A stretch of DNA of 64,000 nucleotides from Candidatus Atabeyarchaeum deiterrae (GCA_037310415.1 CP147780.1:1696001-1760000); one strand, 5' to 3'; positions 51,702 through 61,158 are shown, numbered from the stretch's first letter. The notes: generated from the letters alone by a model not told the origin. Translations and numbers: made by a program.

Positions 51702-52227
51702 GGCATCGCTTCGCCTTCCACGATCAACCCGTCGCTGTAAAATTCAATTAAGCGCAGGAGAAACTACATAACATATTTGCCATGCTGCTTAAATCTTGTT
51801 GTCTGTTTCTGATCACGTTATAAATGGTTGTGCAGAAATGATGACTTAGTAGGATATTGTCCGACCCTGAACTCAAAATCCGCTCGGCTGAAGAAAAATC
51901 AAGGATCAGCGGGCTATCCAGACCTAGTGTTTCGGACGAGGGATCAAGATCTTATTGCTCTGCTTTCCGACCCAAGTTCATAGATGAAGCGTGGCTCCTA
52001 CAAAGATTTAAGGTTAGTATACTGCTAACACCTGTCATTTGGCAGCTGCCAACAATGAAGAAGAGATAAGTCAGTCTGAGTGCAATTACGGGTCCCTTTC
52101 CGAACAATTGGGTGAGCTTGTATAACAATTCGTTCAATGTTTGCCAGATGCGTATGAAACATTGCTACGGGAGATGGCGTGACTAACGCGAAGACCACTT
52201 GCAATCACGGCGCTTTCAAGCCTTGCA

Positions 52228-53304
52228 ATGAGTGCTGCATTTCTATTCATTCCCGACCTAGCAGAAGACCTTGGTGCAGACAACACCATGGTCGGGATTA
52301 TCGGCGCTGTCTATGCTCTGGCACTCTTCATCTCTTCATATATCTTCGGGAGAGCATCGGACATCCATGATAGAAGACTCATCATCAAAATAGGGCTTGC
52401 ACTCTCGGTGTTGACCTTTCTAATGCAAGCGCTCGCCGATCCATATTTCTTCGCTCCGCTTCTAAGCAACCCCACACTGCTCACACTTGTCCGATTCCTT
52501 GCAGGCTTCACAGCTGGAATCAGCCCGGCCGCACTTACGGCGTACGTTCATGACGCGAAGGGTAGAATGGGGAAGTTCTCTGCATATGGGTCACTCGGCT
52601 CAGGAATCGGAACACTGATAGCTGGCTTCATCGCAATATATTGGGGCATATTTATCGTAAGCTCTCTGTGTTTCCTCATGGCATTCCTAGTCTCATTATC
52701 AATGCCCTACCGTAAGTGCACACCGCTCAAGATCTCTTTCTTCCCAAAAACTCTAATGAAAAGGAATTGGTACGTTTACATATCGTTCTTTCTCAGGAAT
52801 CTTGGGGCTAACGCTATATGGGTTGTTTTTCCGCTTTTCATCATAAGCATCGGAGGCGACAAGTTCTGGATTGGAATCATCTACACAATCAACTGGTTTG
52901 GTCAATTCATCATCATGTCATTCCTTGACCGATTCAGGGGTAGAAGGCTGCTGGGCGCTGGTCTTCTTCTATCCACTGTTGCATTCATAGCATTCACCTT
53001 TGCTCAGCAATACTATGAGTTGATTCCCATGCAACTGCTGATTGCATCTGCCTGGTCATGCCTGTACGTCGGCGCGCTCGTCTATCTAATGGAGAATAAC
53101 ATCGAAAAAGCCACGTCAACGGGAGTCCTCAACTCAGCATCCAATCTATCAGTAGTTTTCGGAAGTCTGTTAGGAGGTATCGTCTCAGAGCTCTTTGGCT
53201 ACCCCGCAATAATGTATGTCGCAGCGATACTAACACTGCTTGGCTACGTCATCTTCAAGATTGGAGTTAGGAAAGTACTCACGCCTGGATCTCTCGCGAA
53301 GTAG
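52228..53304 (+). CDS. MFS transporter
   Basis: GRASDIHDRR motif A, about 12 TM. The reading frame extends upstream to 52183 with no canonical start. Confidence 0.88.
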   Translation: MSAAFLFIPDLAEDLGADNTMVGIIGAVYALALFISSYIFGRASDIHDRRLIIKIGLALSVLTFLMQALADPYFFAPLLSNPTLLTLVRFLAGFTAGISPAALTAYVHDAKGRMGKFSAYGSLGSGIGTLIAGFIAIYWGIFIVSSLCFLMAFLVSLSMPYRKCTPLKISFFPKTLMKRNWYVYISFFLRNLGANAIWVVFPLFIISIGGDKFWIGIIYTINWFGQFIIMSFLDRFRGRRLLGAGLLLSTVAFIAFTFAQQYYELIPMQLLIASAWSCLYVGALVYLMENNIEKATSTGVLNSASNLSVVFGSLLGGIVSELFGYPAIMYVAAILTLLGYVIFKIGVRKVLTPGSLAK

Positions 53305-53373
53305 GTTCTCGTTAGTAATATTAAGAGGGAACTCGAATAGTCAATTGGGCGCTAATGCGTCTCGGTGAGAATC

Positions 53374-53589
53374 ATGGGGTCAGCCACCAAACTGGGTAAA
53401 GAAATCTTACACTGCAAGGACTGTCCCAGATGGTACGGCGCTGAGGACGATGAGTCTGGTCCGTGCAGCATAAAACATGCCAGAGGAGACAAGAAGTACC
53501 TTACGCATGGACACCACGAGTGTGATGAACCTGAACAAATAGCATGGTTTGAGAAGAAAAAGAAGACAAGCAAGAGGAATACTCTTTAA
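53374..53589 (+). CDS. Small Cys/His metal-binding protein
   Basis: CKDC...GPCSIKH...HGHHECD; GGTGA SD before ATG. Confidence 0.7.
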   Translation: MGSATKLGKEILHCKDCPRWYGAEDDESGPCSIKHARGDKKYLTHGHHECDEPEQIAWFEKKKKTSKRNTL

Positions 53590-53720
53590 GCTTCGCCGCT
53601 ATATGTTAGTACGCAGTTCGACTGGGCTTCTCTTCTTGAAGTCATCCCGTCCAAGCCAAAGAGTCTTGTTGGAAGATCGATGTCTGCTTGTTTGCGATAA
53701 TGATCAAAGGAGCTACCTAG

Positions 53721-54620
53721 ATGTTGGAGTTCTCCATACGCCCGTTTACCCTCAACGACGTGGATTTCGCGGTTCGAGTGACGGGCAAAGAGCACTGGGG
53801 CTACACAAAAGAAGACTTCACGCTAGTGTTTCTAGCGGAGCTCGGAGAACAATTCATAGCCGAGGAGGACATAACAAAGCAAAAAATGGGAATGCTGTCA
53901 ACCTTCAAGTATGGAGGGAAACTCGCTTGGATCGGGAATGTAATAGTCCAGGAAGACTTTAGGGGAAAAGGAATAGGGACAGCTCTCTTGAAGCACGCTA
54001 TCAGACACCTCAAGAAAGAAGGAGTAAAGACGATAAGGCTGTACAGCTACCAAGAATCCGCGTCACTATACCAAAAACTCAGCTTCACTCGTGAAGGAGT
54101 CACCGGTCTATTCACAAAGAGAGGCTCGACGCAGTTCTCAAATGATGATGATGAAATAAATGAAGTCAAAGCTAGACTTTCGACCGCAGACAAAGTCGAC
54201 TTGGAACGACTAATAGATTTCGACGGAAAATGCTTTGGCGCCGATCGTCGAAGACTCCTGACATCAACAATTCACAGCGAGAATGCAAAGTGTTTCGTCA
54301 AAGTGAACGACAAAAGCAAGAAAAACATAGTCGGCTACATCATAGCTACCGAAGGAAAACGCGAGTTTAGCGTGGGTCCATGGGTCTGCGACCCGGGCCG
54401 CGTGGATGTTGCTGAAGCGCTCATCAGAGCAGTTATGGACCAAGCTGAGGGAAAGAAGATCACTGCAGCGACACCGTTGGAGAACGCTGAAAGCGTAGGA
54501 ATCTTGGAGAAACTCAAGTTTACGAGGACCATAGAGGTCCTCAGGTTGCGCAAAGAAAGGGACCTTTACAACGGAAAACCAGAGTGGATATTCGCTGCAG
54601 GAGGAGTGGAAAAGGGATAA
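53721..54620 (+). CDS. GNAT family N-acetyltransferase (tandem GNAT)
   Basis: WIGNVIV...FRGKGIG acetyl-CoA loop, LYQKL, FGADRRRLL, VGPW. Confidence 0.9.
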   Translation: MLEFSIRPFTLNDVDFAVRVTGKEHWGYTKEDFTLVFLAELGEQFIAEEDITKQKMGMLSTFKYGGKLAWIGNVIVQEDFRGKGIGTALLKHAIRHLKKEGVKTIRLYSYQESASLYQKLSFTREGVTGLFTKRGSTQFSNDDDEINEVKARLSTADKVDLERLIDFDGKCFGADRRRLLTSTIHSENAKCFVKVNDKSKKNIVGYIIATEGKREFSVGPWVCDPGRVDVAEALIRAVMDQAEGKKITAATPLENAESVGILEKLKFTRTIEVLRLRKERDLYNGKPEWIFAAGGVEKG

Positions 54621-54744
54621 ACGGACAAGGTAGACCTAGGGGGCCGGACACGGTTCAGAGTGGGGCCGTTTCTTGGATCGGAAATAAAAGCAAATTCATG
54701 TGGCGTGGATAGACGAGCACGGAACCAAGCTTGAGGGATATCGA

Positions 54745-55695
54745 ATGGACATCGTCTCACTTGGCGAAGCCATGGTTGAGTTCTTTTGTGATGGGCTGAT
54801 TTCCAAAGCAAAGGTCTTTCAGAAATCGATAGGTGGTGACACATCTAACACGATTATTGCAGCCGCCAGGCTCGGAAGCAAATGCGGCTATATCACAAAG
54901 GTAGGAGAAGACCCATTCACGGAGTACCTGATGAGAAAATGGAAATCAGAAATGATTGATGTATCAAGCATCATACGTATGGCAAATGGATTCAACGGGA
55001 TCTACTTCATTTCCCTCCTACCAGAGGGGCAGAGAGAATTCACATACTACCGGACAGGAAGCGCCGCATCTACCATCACACCACAGGACTTGAAACAGGA
55101 TTATATAGGTTCGGCAAGAATCCTTCATACCAGCGGAATCAGCCAAGCCATATCCAAAACGTCATTGGACACTGTTCAGGAAGCCATCCACATCGCCAAG
55201 AAGAATGGCGTCAAGGTGTCATTCGACCCCAACTACAGAGCCAAACTCTGGACCAAGGAGAGAGCACTGAAGACATACGAGGAGATCCTACCTTATGTGG
55301 ACATTGCTCTTCCAGATGAATCCTACGGTGACCTCATCCATCAAACCAACCCAAGGGAGATCATCAAGTACTTCTCAAGGTTTAAGATCCCAGTTATCGC
55401 ACTGAAACTGGGATCGAAGGGTATGTTGTTGAAGACACTGAACGAAGAAGTCAGATCCTTTGGAATACTTGAAGTTAATGTGAACGACACGACCGGTGCT
55501 GGAGACGCCTTCAATGGAGGATTTCTGCATGGCGTATGCGAAGGCTATTCAACAGATGACTCCGCGCTCCTTGGGACGATAACTGCGGGTTTGAAAGCGA
55601 AAGGGCGGGGTGCAGTCGAGTCACTTCCACCGAGGAAGGACGTATACGAACTTCTAAAGGCAATAAAAAAAGGAGAGAAACATTTAACGCCTTAG
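54745..55695 (+). CDS. PfkB family sugar kinase (2-keto-3-deoxygluconate kinase-like)
   Basis: GEAMVE, GGDTSN, FDPNYRAKLW, DTTGAGDAF. Confidence 0.92.
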   Translation: MDIVSLGEAMVEFFCDGLISKAKVFQKSIGGDTSNTIIAAARLGSKCGYITKVGEDPFTEYLMRKWKSEMIDVSSIIRMANGFNGIYFISLLPEGQREFTYYRTGSAASTITPQDLKQDYIGSARILHTSGISQAISKTSLDTVQEAIHIAKKNGVKVSFDPNYRAKLWTKERALKTYEEILPYVDIALPDESYGDLIHQTNPREIIKYFSRFKIPVIALKLGSKGMLLKTLNEEVRSFGILEVNVNDTTGAGDAFNGGFLHGVCEGYSTDDSALLGTITAGLKAKGRGAVESLPPRKDVYELLKAIKKGEKHLTP

Positions 55696-55764
55696 AAGTA
55701 GAGACTCGGGAAGTTCTGAAATCATCGATATCAGTGATTAGAATCGATTACACCATCTGTAAAC

Positions 55765-55790
55765 ATTTATAAGCTAGTATTTTAATACTA
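55765..55790 (+). promoter_or_regulatory. TATA box with an immediately downstream palindrome
   Basis: TTTATAA followed by TAGTATT-TT-AATACTA (55775-55790), upstream of 55825. Confidence 0.5.
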
Positions 55791-55824
55791 ATAGACAACA
55801 TAACTCAATTAAGGTGAAAATGAG

Positions 55825-56517
55825 TTGAGTCTTGCAATTCCACAAGTGAATATGAGTCCGAAAGGCGAACTAATACCAAATCCTGGCGAAAACGTAGTGC
55901 AGAATTATCACGACGTCCACTACGAGAAAAATGAAGGAGAAATCTACGTTACCGACGTTCGCCTTGTGTGGATTGGATTGAAACACAAGGGCGGCATGCT
56001 CGGAAAACTAGCCCGAGCTGCAGTAGTAGTAGGAGCAATCGCTGCAGGCGCAGCTGTCGGCTCTAGAGCTGGTAGGGCGATCGGAGCACCCGGCGTAGGA
56101 GGATTAGCAGGAGGAATTGGAGGTCTAACGCTAGCGACAATGATGACAAAGCATCCAGATGGCACTCCAACAACAATATCTGTACCCTACGAAGTTGTTA
56201 CAGACATCCAGGTTGCAAAGAACAAACAGGACCTGACAATGTCGACACAAGTAGGATCATTCCTATTCAGATTTGACAAAGGTGGAGCAGAAACAGTTGC
56301 TACCGTAGCTAAAGCACAGAAACTGGCAGCGCAGAAAAGACCAGCACCGCCGCCACCAATGCCTCAGTATCAACAACCGCAATATCAGCAGCCGCAATAC
56401 GCCCCTCAGCCACCACCGCGAGCTGGCGGAGCCTTCTACTGTCCTCACTGCGGAACGCCACAAGAACCTGGCGCAAGATTCTGCCACAACTGTGGGGCAA
56501 GGGTTGACGCCTACTAG
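55825..56517 (+). CDS. GRAM/GLUE-like PH-fold protein with a Gly-zipper insert, Pro/Gln/Tyr linker and C-terminal zinc ribbon
   Basis: PNPGENVV...EGEIYVTDVRLVWI; PQYQQ repeats; CPHCG...FCHNCG; AGGTGA SD. Confidence 0.75.
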   Translation: MSLAIPQVNMSPKGELIPNPGENVVQNYHDVHYEKNEGEIYVTDVRLVWIGLKHKGGMLGKLARAAVVVGAIAAGAAVGSRAGRAIGAPGVGGLAGGIGGLTLATMMTKHPDGTPTTISVPYEVVTDIQVAKNKQDLTMSTQVGSFLFRFDKGGAETVATVAKAQKLAAQKRPAPPPPMPQYQQPQYQQPQYAPQPPPRAGGAFYCPHCGTPQEPGARFCHNCGARVDAY

Positions 56518-56570
56518 AAAAGCGCGCAGACCGCAACTCTCACGCTGCAGGATGCGCCCTTGAATCCAAT

Positions 56571-56606
56571 CCCTATTTCTTTCTTTCTTGTCTTGTTTCT
56601 TCTCTG
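56571..56606 (+). terminator. Pyrimidine/oligo-T tract, probable terminator
   Basis: CCCTATTTCTTTCTTTCTTGTCTTGTTTCTTCTCTG, about 55 nt after the 56517 stop. Confidence 0.5.
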
Positions 56607-56794
56607 TTAGCTGGTTTCCGCGAAGCTGTTCGTGGATTTCCCTGAACCTCTTTCTCCTAGGATAGCATCCTCAATAGTCTGTCAGTTTGGCAGCATTGAT
56701 GGCTTTCTCAATCTCTGGGAAGATCTGCCTTTTGCGCATCACATTCTTTCGCGACATGTCGGCGACTCAGTCACAACAAAAACCACCGTTGAAG

Positions 56795-57160
56795 CACCGC
56801 CCTCTACAAGGCGGAAAATGTATTGTGAACTCGTCTAGAGCGCATTTCGAGTAGAGCGACTCATTGTAAAAAGGGCAGTCCTCGGAGGCTGAGGAATACT
56901 CCGAAAGGAGGGCCTTAACACGTTCTTCTATTAGAAGAGGATTTCGGAAATGGTTCAGTGTTTCGTCAACCATTAGGGTGGGTGCCTCCAGCCTCCGAAG
57001 AGAGCCATAGAGATCTATTGGATAGAGTGGTAAGAAGGGCTAGGGGGACATCCGTAAAAGTGAATGATGGAAGAGGTCACGAAGGTTTCAACTGGAAGAA
57101 TCAAGGATATGTTTTGCAGGGTCTTAACTTGAGGGCCAGTTGTATTTGCCCCCCAATGTT
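56795..57160 (+). ncRNA. Candidate structured non-coding RNA
   Basis: Nested stems: TCGGAGGCTG/CAGCCTCCGA (10 bp), CTCC-GAAA-GGAG, TCTTCT/AGAAGA, AATGGTT/AACCATT, and CAACTGG/CCAGTTG enclosing TCAAG/CTTGA; no long ORF. Confidence 0.3.
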
Positions 57161-57245
57161 GGAAGAGGCGTGGCAATGCCGTACTCCAGCAGGAAAGAGA
57201 GCAAAAAGGAGAACTGGCAAGTGCGGTTTCAGGTTGACCCTATCC

Positions 57246-58286
57246 TTAGCCTGAGCCCATTGCCTCGCTGAGCTTAACCTTCCAGCCCATCACTTTCTCA
57301 ATCAGGCTCTGTTTCTCGTTTCTGTCGAGAGATCTGCCTGGATATCTATTCAAGTCCCGAGCTACTTGCGCAAGGTCGTATATTGCGCCGAATTTGCGGG
57401 TCATGCCCATGATCCTGTCGCGAACATCTAAGATGGCCTTCGCTGCTGTTCCAGCATTCATATTCATCGCTTCTTCGATCGGACCGAATATCTCGTCCAC
57501 TGAACTGGAGACCGCTCGCGGAGCGCCATACATCGGTGGTGGTCTACTAGGCGCCTGAGATAGTGAGGGTGTCATGGATGGTGGCGGACCGCCTGAAGTC
57601 GGAATAGCCCTTCGATCCGCAGAAAGTGACGGTGGTGTTGCTGCAGGAACAGCTGGCTGCTCTGGTGCTGTTTCTCTGGCAGCAGAAACTTTTGTTCCTT
57701 GGAGAGTTTGAAGTGCAGTTCTTGAGGCTTTTTCGAGACCCCTCACTGCTTCCAATGCTTGTAAGCCTGTTTCCTTCAGAGTGATCATCTGAGCGTTAAC
57801 CTCTCCAAGGTTTAGGCTCTCCACTATTCTCCTTGAGACTTCGCTGGCCTCAGCTGGCTGCAGAGAAGGCGTCTTGGCTGCCTGTAAGCTCTCGTTAATG
57901 GTTCTGACTGCCCCGAGTGCCTTTTCACTTTCGGTTCTGATCGCAACTACCTGCTTAGTGGCTTCTCCTATGTCCGGAGCCTTGAAGGATTGCAGTCCCT
58001 CCAAGGTTTGCTTCGATGATTCCTCAAGGAGCTTCAAAGCTTCAAGGGATCTCTGTGTACTCTCTCTGAACAGAGTCAGATGTTCAGCTACCTCTTCTAG
58101 TTTGATAACAGTATTGGTCAGCGGTGCGACCATGTTGTCGACCTGTGCTAGCAACTTGTTGACACGCAAGCCGACGTCGTCGGTCAACGCCTTGAGAAAA
58201 GTGATAATCTGATCAACTTCCTTGATCAAATCATTTGTCTTCATGCCAACTTTCTTCTCAATCTCTGTTTCTTCAGTTTCTCCCAA
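57246..58286 (-). CDS. Coiled-coil protein with a Pro-rich linker and a C-terminal four-helix bundle (Vps28-CTD-like pattern)
   Basis: Heptad N-terminal ~200 aa; P/S/A-rich linker; C-terminal ~85 aa helical domain. TTG 58286 follows GAGGTG. Confidence 0.8.
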   Translation of the reverse strand: MGETEETEIEKKVGMKTNDLIKEVDQIITFLKALTDDVGLRVNKLLAQVDNMVAPLTNTVIKLEEVAEHLTLFRESTQRSLEALKLLEESSKQTLEGLQSFKAPDIGEATKQVVAIRTESEKALGAVRTINESLQAAKTPSLQPAEASEVSRRIVESLNLGEVNAQMITLKETGLQALEAVRGLEKASRTALQTLQGTKVSAARETAPEQPAVPAATPPSLSADRRAIPTSGGPPPSMTPSLSQAPSRPPPMYGAPRAVSSSVDEIFGPIEEAMNMNAGTAAKAILDVRDRIMGMTRKFGAIYDLAQVARDLNRYPGRSLDRNEKQSLIEKVMGWKVKLSEAMGSG

Positions 58287-58522
58287 TTCTAGAAAGCACC
58301 TCTCTAGCTTGACCCCTTCCTCAAACATCCTCAGGGAACTCTGAGAATGCCAGGTGGTCTCTGTTTCGAGACATTTCACACAGATGTAATTAGCTTCTCT
58401 GTATTATAATACCTTTGCGATTGAGTGCCGACATCAGAGACTAATGCCAACAGAATCTCAACGCTGATCTAAAAGAGCGTCGAAGCAAATCCGTGTTGGC
58501 AAATACAGTTTCGGTGCGCTGC

Positions 58523-58804
58523 TTATAGTTCAGCTTCCATTGTTCTCTTTAACAGCCTCATGACATCGAGGGAACCAGTCTTTTCATAGAACTCCTTCAT
58601 GCGTGCAATGCAGAACTCGACTCCATGTGACCTATTGCCGAAGGTTACCTTCTGAACCATGGAGTCGACCCAATCAAGTAAGTTCTTGTCGATAGACAGA
58701 GTAGTAGCAGCTTTGCTTCCTGTTGCTTTTCCGTTTGGTTTCCCGCTCAACGTGACGGTAACTTCAGGAACCTTCGGAAGCTTGGGTCTTCGTCCCATAA
58801 CCAA
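58523..58804 (-). CDS. Ribbon-helix-helix (CopG/NikR-like) DNA-binding protein
   Basis: TTLSIDKNLLDWVDSMV...FGNRSHGVEFCI pattern. Confidence 0.8.
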   Translation of the reverse strand: MVMGRRPKLPKVPEVTVTLSGKPNGKATGSKAATTLSIDKNLLDWVDSMVQKVTFGNRSHGVEFCIARMKEFYEKTGSLDVMRLLKRTMEAEL

Positions 58805-59175
58805 TCACACACCCCACACATCAAACACGCATTACTATACTGTTTTCTGTTGGGCAATTCATTGGACAGGTACCTACATCGAGGTCAGTTACACCTATTC
58901 CCCATGGGCCCCACGGATTCGGTCAAAATGAAATAATGAAACCCGCCATATATAAGATTTCGGCTATGCAGCAGAAGCTTCGACGAGAGGCTAGTGCCAG
59001 AAGGAGAATCCCAGCAGACCTCAGATGGGCGTGTCTTCATGGCAAGTTTTTTTCAAGAGGCAGATATCCTGTCTGCAACGCTGAAAAACACTTAAATACA
59101 TAGTGCTCGATAAATCAAACTTCATACTCATTTACGGCTCAAAATCCCTCGAGAGTTTTGGGCAGGTGAGTTTGT

Positions 59176-61158
59176 TTGAATAGTCAAAAACATGGGAAAA
59201 TGAGGGGAACTAATAAGACGCCAACAAAAGTGAATCTATTGGCAGTAGCACTAATCACCACGTGCATCATTGTGTCGACCTCCCTAATAGGTCTGACGAC
59301 CACCAGAGCAACCGTAGGCGGAGTCGACAACGAGGATCTCCCTATTGGAAACATGAGACAAGTTCCGTTGGACATCAAAATCGTTTTCATCGGAATAAAA
59401 CAGCAATATATCAACATCACAGACGGGTACTTCAATTGGACACTGCCGCCTTACCACATCCAGAGAGAAACATGGTATGGAACCAACTGGGGGGTAAACT
59501 ACACTTTCAACTACAGCTACAGTCTTAACCAGACATTCGACGATGACTTCTTCAACTACATTCACTTCGGGGCAGGAGTCAGGAAAGATGTCCTTGGCCT
59601 AACCAACCCCTATAACGGACTAGGCGGGACGTACCGCTTCTACAACGCGAACAAGGTGGACGACTGGCTTTACAGCAACCCTCAGGGCTACGGCGGGATC
59701 CCCACAAAGGGATACGCACTTTTCCTAATCAACGTGACATACAGGGACTCATACATCCCTTCAGTCAGACAACACTACTACAATCTGACTTACAGCGACA
59801 TAGACTCAACTGGGATCGTAACGGGAGACTGGTATGGTCAGTGGATGACAGGATGGGGAGGACATCATCGGCTTTACTATATTGACTTATCAGCAGGTGT
59901 AAGCGCGGCATCGGTGGCGGCATTCGGCCCCGCTCAACGGTGGTGGAACCGCTACTTCCCGCCTCTATGGAATCTCAATATCAACTTGGGAACGGAGAAC
60001 GGCATCAATTTCTTCAACAAGTACTTATCCGACTTCGTCTTCGGGGCAGTCTACGATTGCTTCACACCAGACTTCCTCTATGCGCCAAGGATAGCGCCGA
60101 CGCCGAACATGCACTACAACATAACGATAGTCATCTTTGACAACTGCACAGACTATGCGAATAAGACACTTGAAGGAGCACTCCCACCCTATGGTCCGGA
60201 TTTTGCCATAAACCAGTCAGCGATTTTGAAGGCTTTCAGAAGTTTGGTGCCTTATGCGACATGGACACTGAACCTCACTCACGTTCACCAAGTAGGACCT
60301 GGACCTGGTCCCTATGGCACTCTGTGGCAAGTAATCAGGAGCGCTGAGAGGACAACTGATGCATTTGGGAACCCAGTGCAATATGTCGACAGAGATATAC
60401 TCTACCATCACTTACAGGCACATCTCGCAGACTTCGGTCTCAGGCAATCGGCAGGGCAGCTTCTAATACCCGTCTTCGTGTTCGCCTTCAAAGGCACATT
60501 CAACTTGGGGTACCAATATGAGGGATACGAGTACGATAACTACTGGGGATTTGGATACCCAGACGTTGTTCTTGTAAGCCACTCACTCTATGACCTAACA
60601 GGTATACCTCCACCGCCGCCTCCAGTGCTATTCCCGGCGGTTCCTCAAGGCTTCACACAGACGATAATACACGAGACTGGTCACGCTGTTGGTTTGATTC
60701 ACCCATTCTGGTGGGACTACGACGAGGACTATGTATCATCAGCTATGGCTTACTACCCGTACGAGTACGGGTTTAGCCAGTTCGACAAAGACGCCATACA
60801 AAGGGGGCACGCAGACTACTACATAATCCGGGCTCTATCCATGATGGAGAACGCGACAGTGCTCAAAACCACAAGACAAATGACCGCAGCACTCCTCAAG
60901 CTATACAACCAAGCAACTGGAAACCTGACCACGGCCAACACGGATTATGCAAGCATGAACTACTATCCTGCGATGACCAATGGAAGTACGGCTCTCAGCC
61001 TATTCGCGCAGTTTGTACTTGGAGCAAGTGGGCAACCTCTGCTCACCACCTCAGCAGCACCCCCTGATATTATGGTTCCGGTAATTGCTTCAGTTATAGT
61101 GGGGATCGTAGTAGGTGTAGCTATAGGGCAATTCATGGGAAGAAAACGAAAGAAATAG
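59176..61158 (+). CDS. Membrane-anchored extracellular zinc metalloprotease (metzincin-like)
   Basis: Signal/anchor N-terminus, HETGHAVGLIH, SAM Met-turn, C-terminal TM + RKRKK, many N-x-S/T sequons. Confidence 0.85.
   Translation: MNSQKHGKMRGTNKTPTKVNLLAVALITTCIIVSTSLIGLTTTRATVGGVDNEDLPIGNMRQVPLDIKIVFIGIKQQYINITDGYFNWTLPPYHIQRETWYGTNWGVNYTFNYSYSLNQTFDDDFFNYIHFGAGVRKDVLGLTNPYNGLGGTYRFYNANKVDDWLYSNPQGYGGIPTKGYALFLINVTYRDSYIPSVRQHYYNLTYSDIDSTGIVTGDWYGQWMTGWGGHHRLYYIDLSAGVSAASVAAFGPAQRWWNRYFPPLWNLNINLGTENGINFFNKYLSDFVFGAVYDCFTPDFLYAPRIAPTPNMHYNITIVIFDNCTDYANKTLEGALPPYGPDFAINQSAILKAFRSLVPYATWTLNLTHVHQVGPGPGPYGTLWQVIRSAERTTDAFGNPVQYVDRDILYHHLQAHLADFGLRQSAGQLLIPVFVFAFKGTFNLGYQYEGYEYDNYWGFGYPDVVLVSHSLYDLTGIPPPPPPVLFPAVPQGFTQTIIHETGHAVGLIHPFWWDYDEDYVSSAMAYYPYEYGFSQFDKDAIQRGHADYYIIRALSMMENATVLKTTRQMTAALLKLYNQATGNLTTANTDYASMNYYPAMTNGSTALSLFAQFVLGASGQPLLTTSAAPPDIMVPVIASVIVGIVVGVAIGQFMGRKRKK

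Noticed and set aside
56871-56902. AAGGGCAG...GGCTGAGGAATACTCC resembles the 5' conserved region of archaeal RNase P RNA
   Set aside because: I found no matching 3' ACAGAA...GGCTTA-type motif or P4 partner, and CTCC pairs locally with GGAG. Kept only as a generic ncRNA candidate.
56767-57051. Cys-rich minus-strand ORF, extendable through an in-frame TAG (pyrrolysine?)
   Set aside because: The extension adds only 3 codons to an ATG and the frame closes soon after; no recognisable domain or SD.
58523-58804. RHH protein as a CdrS-like cell-division regulator
   Set aside because: No ftsZ or other division gene is adjacent; only the generic RHH fold is supportable.
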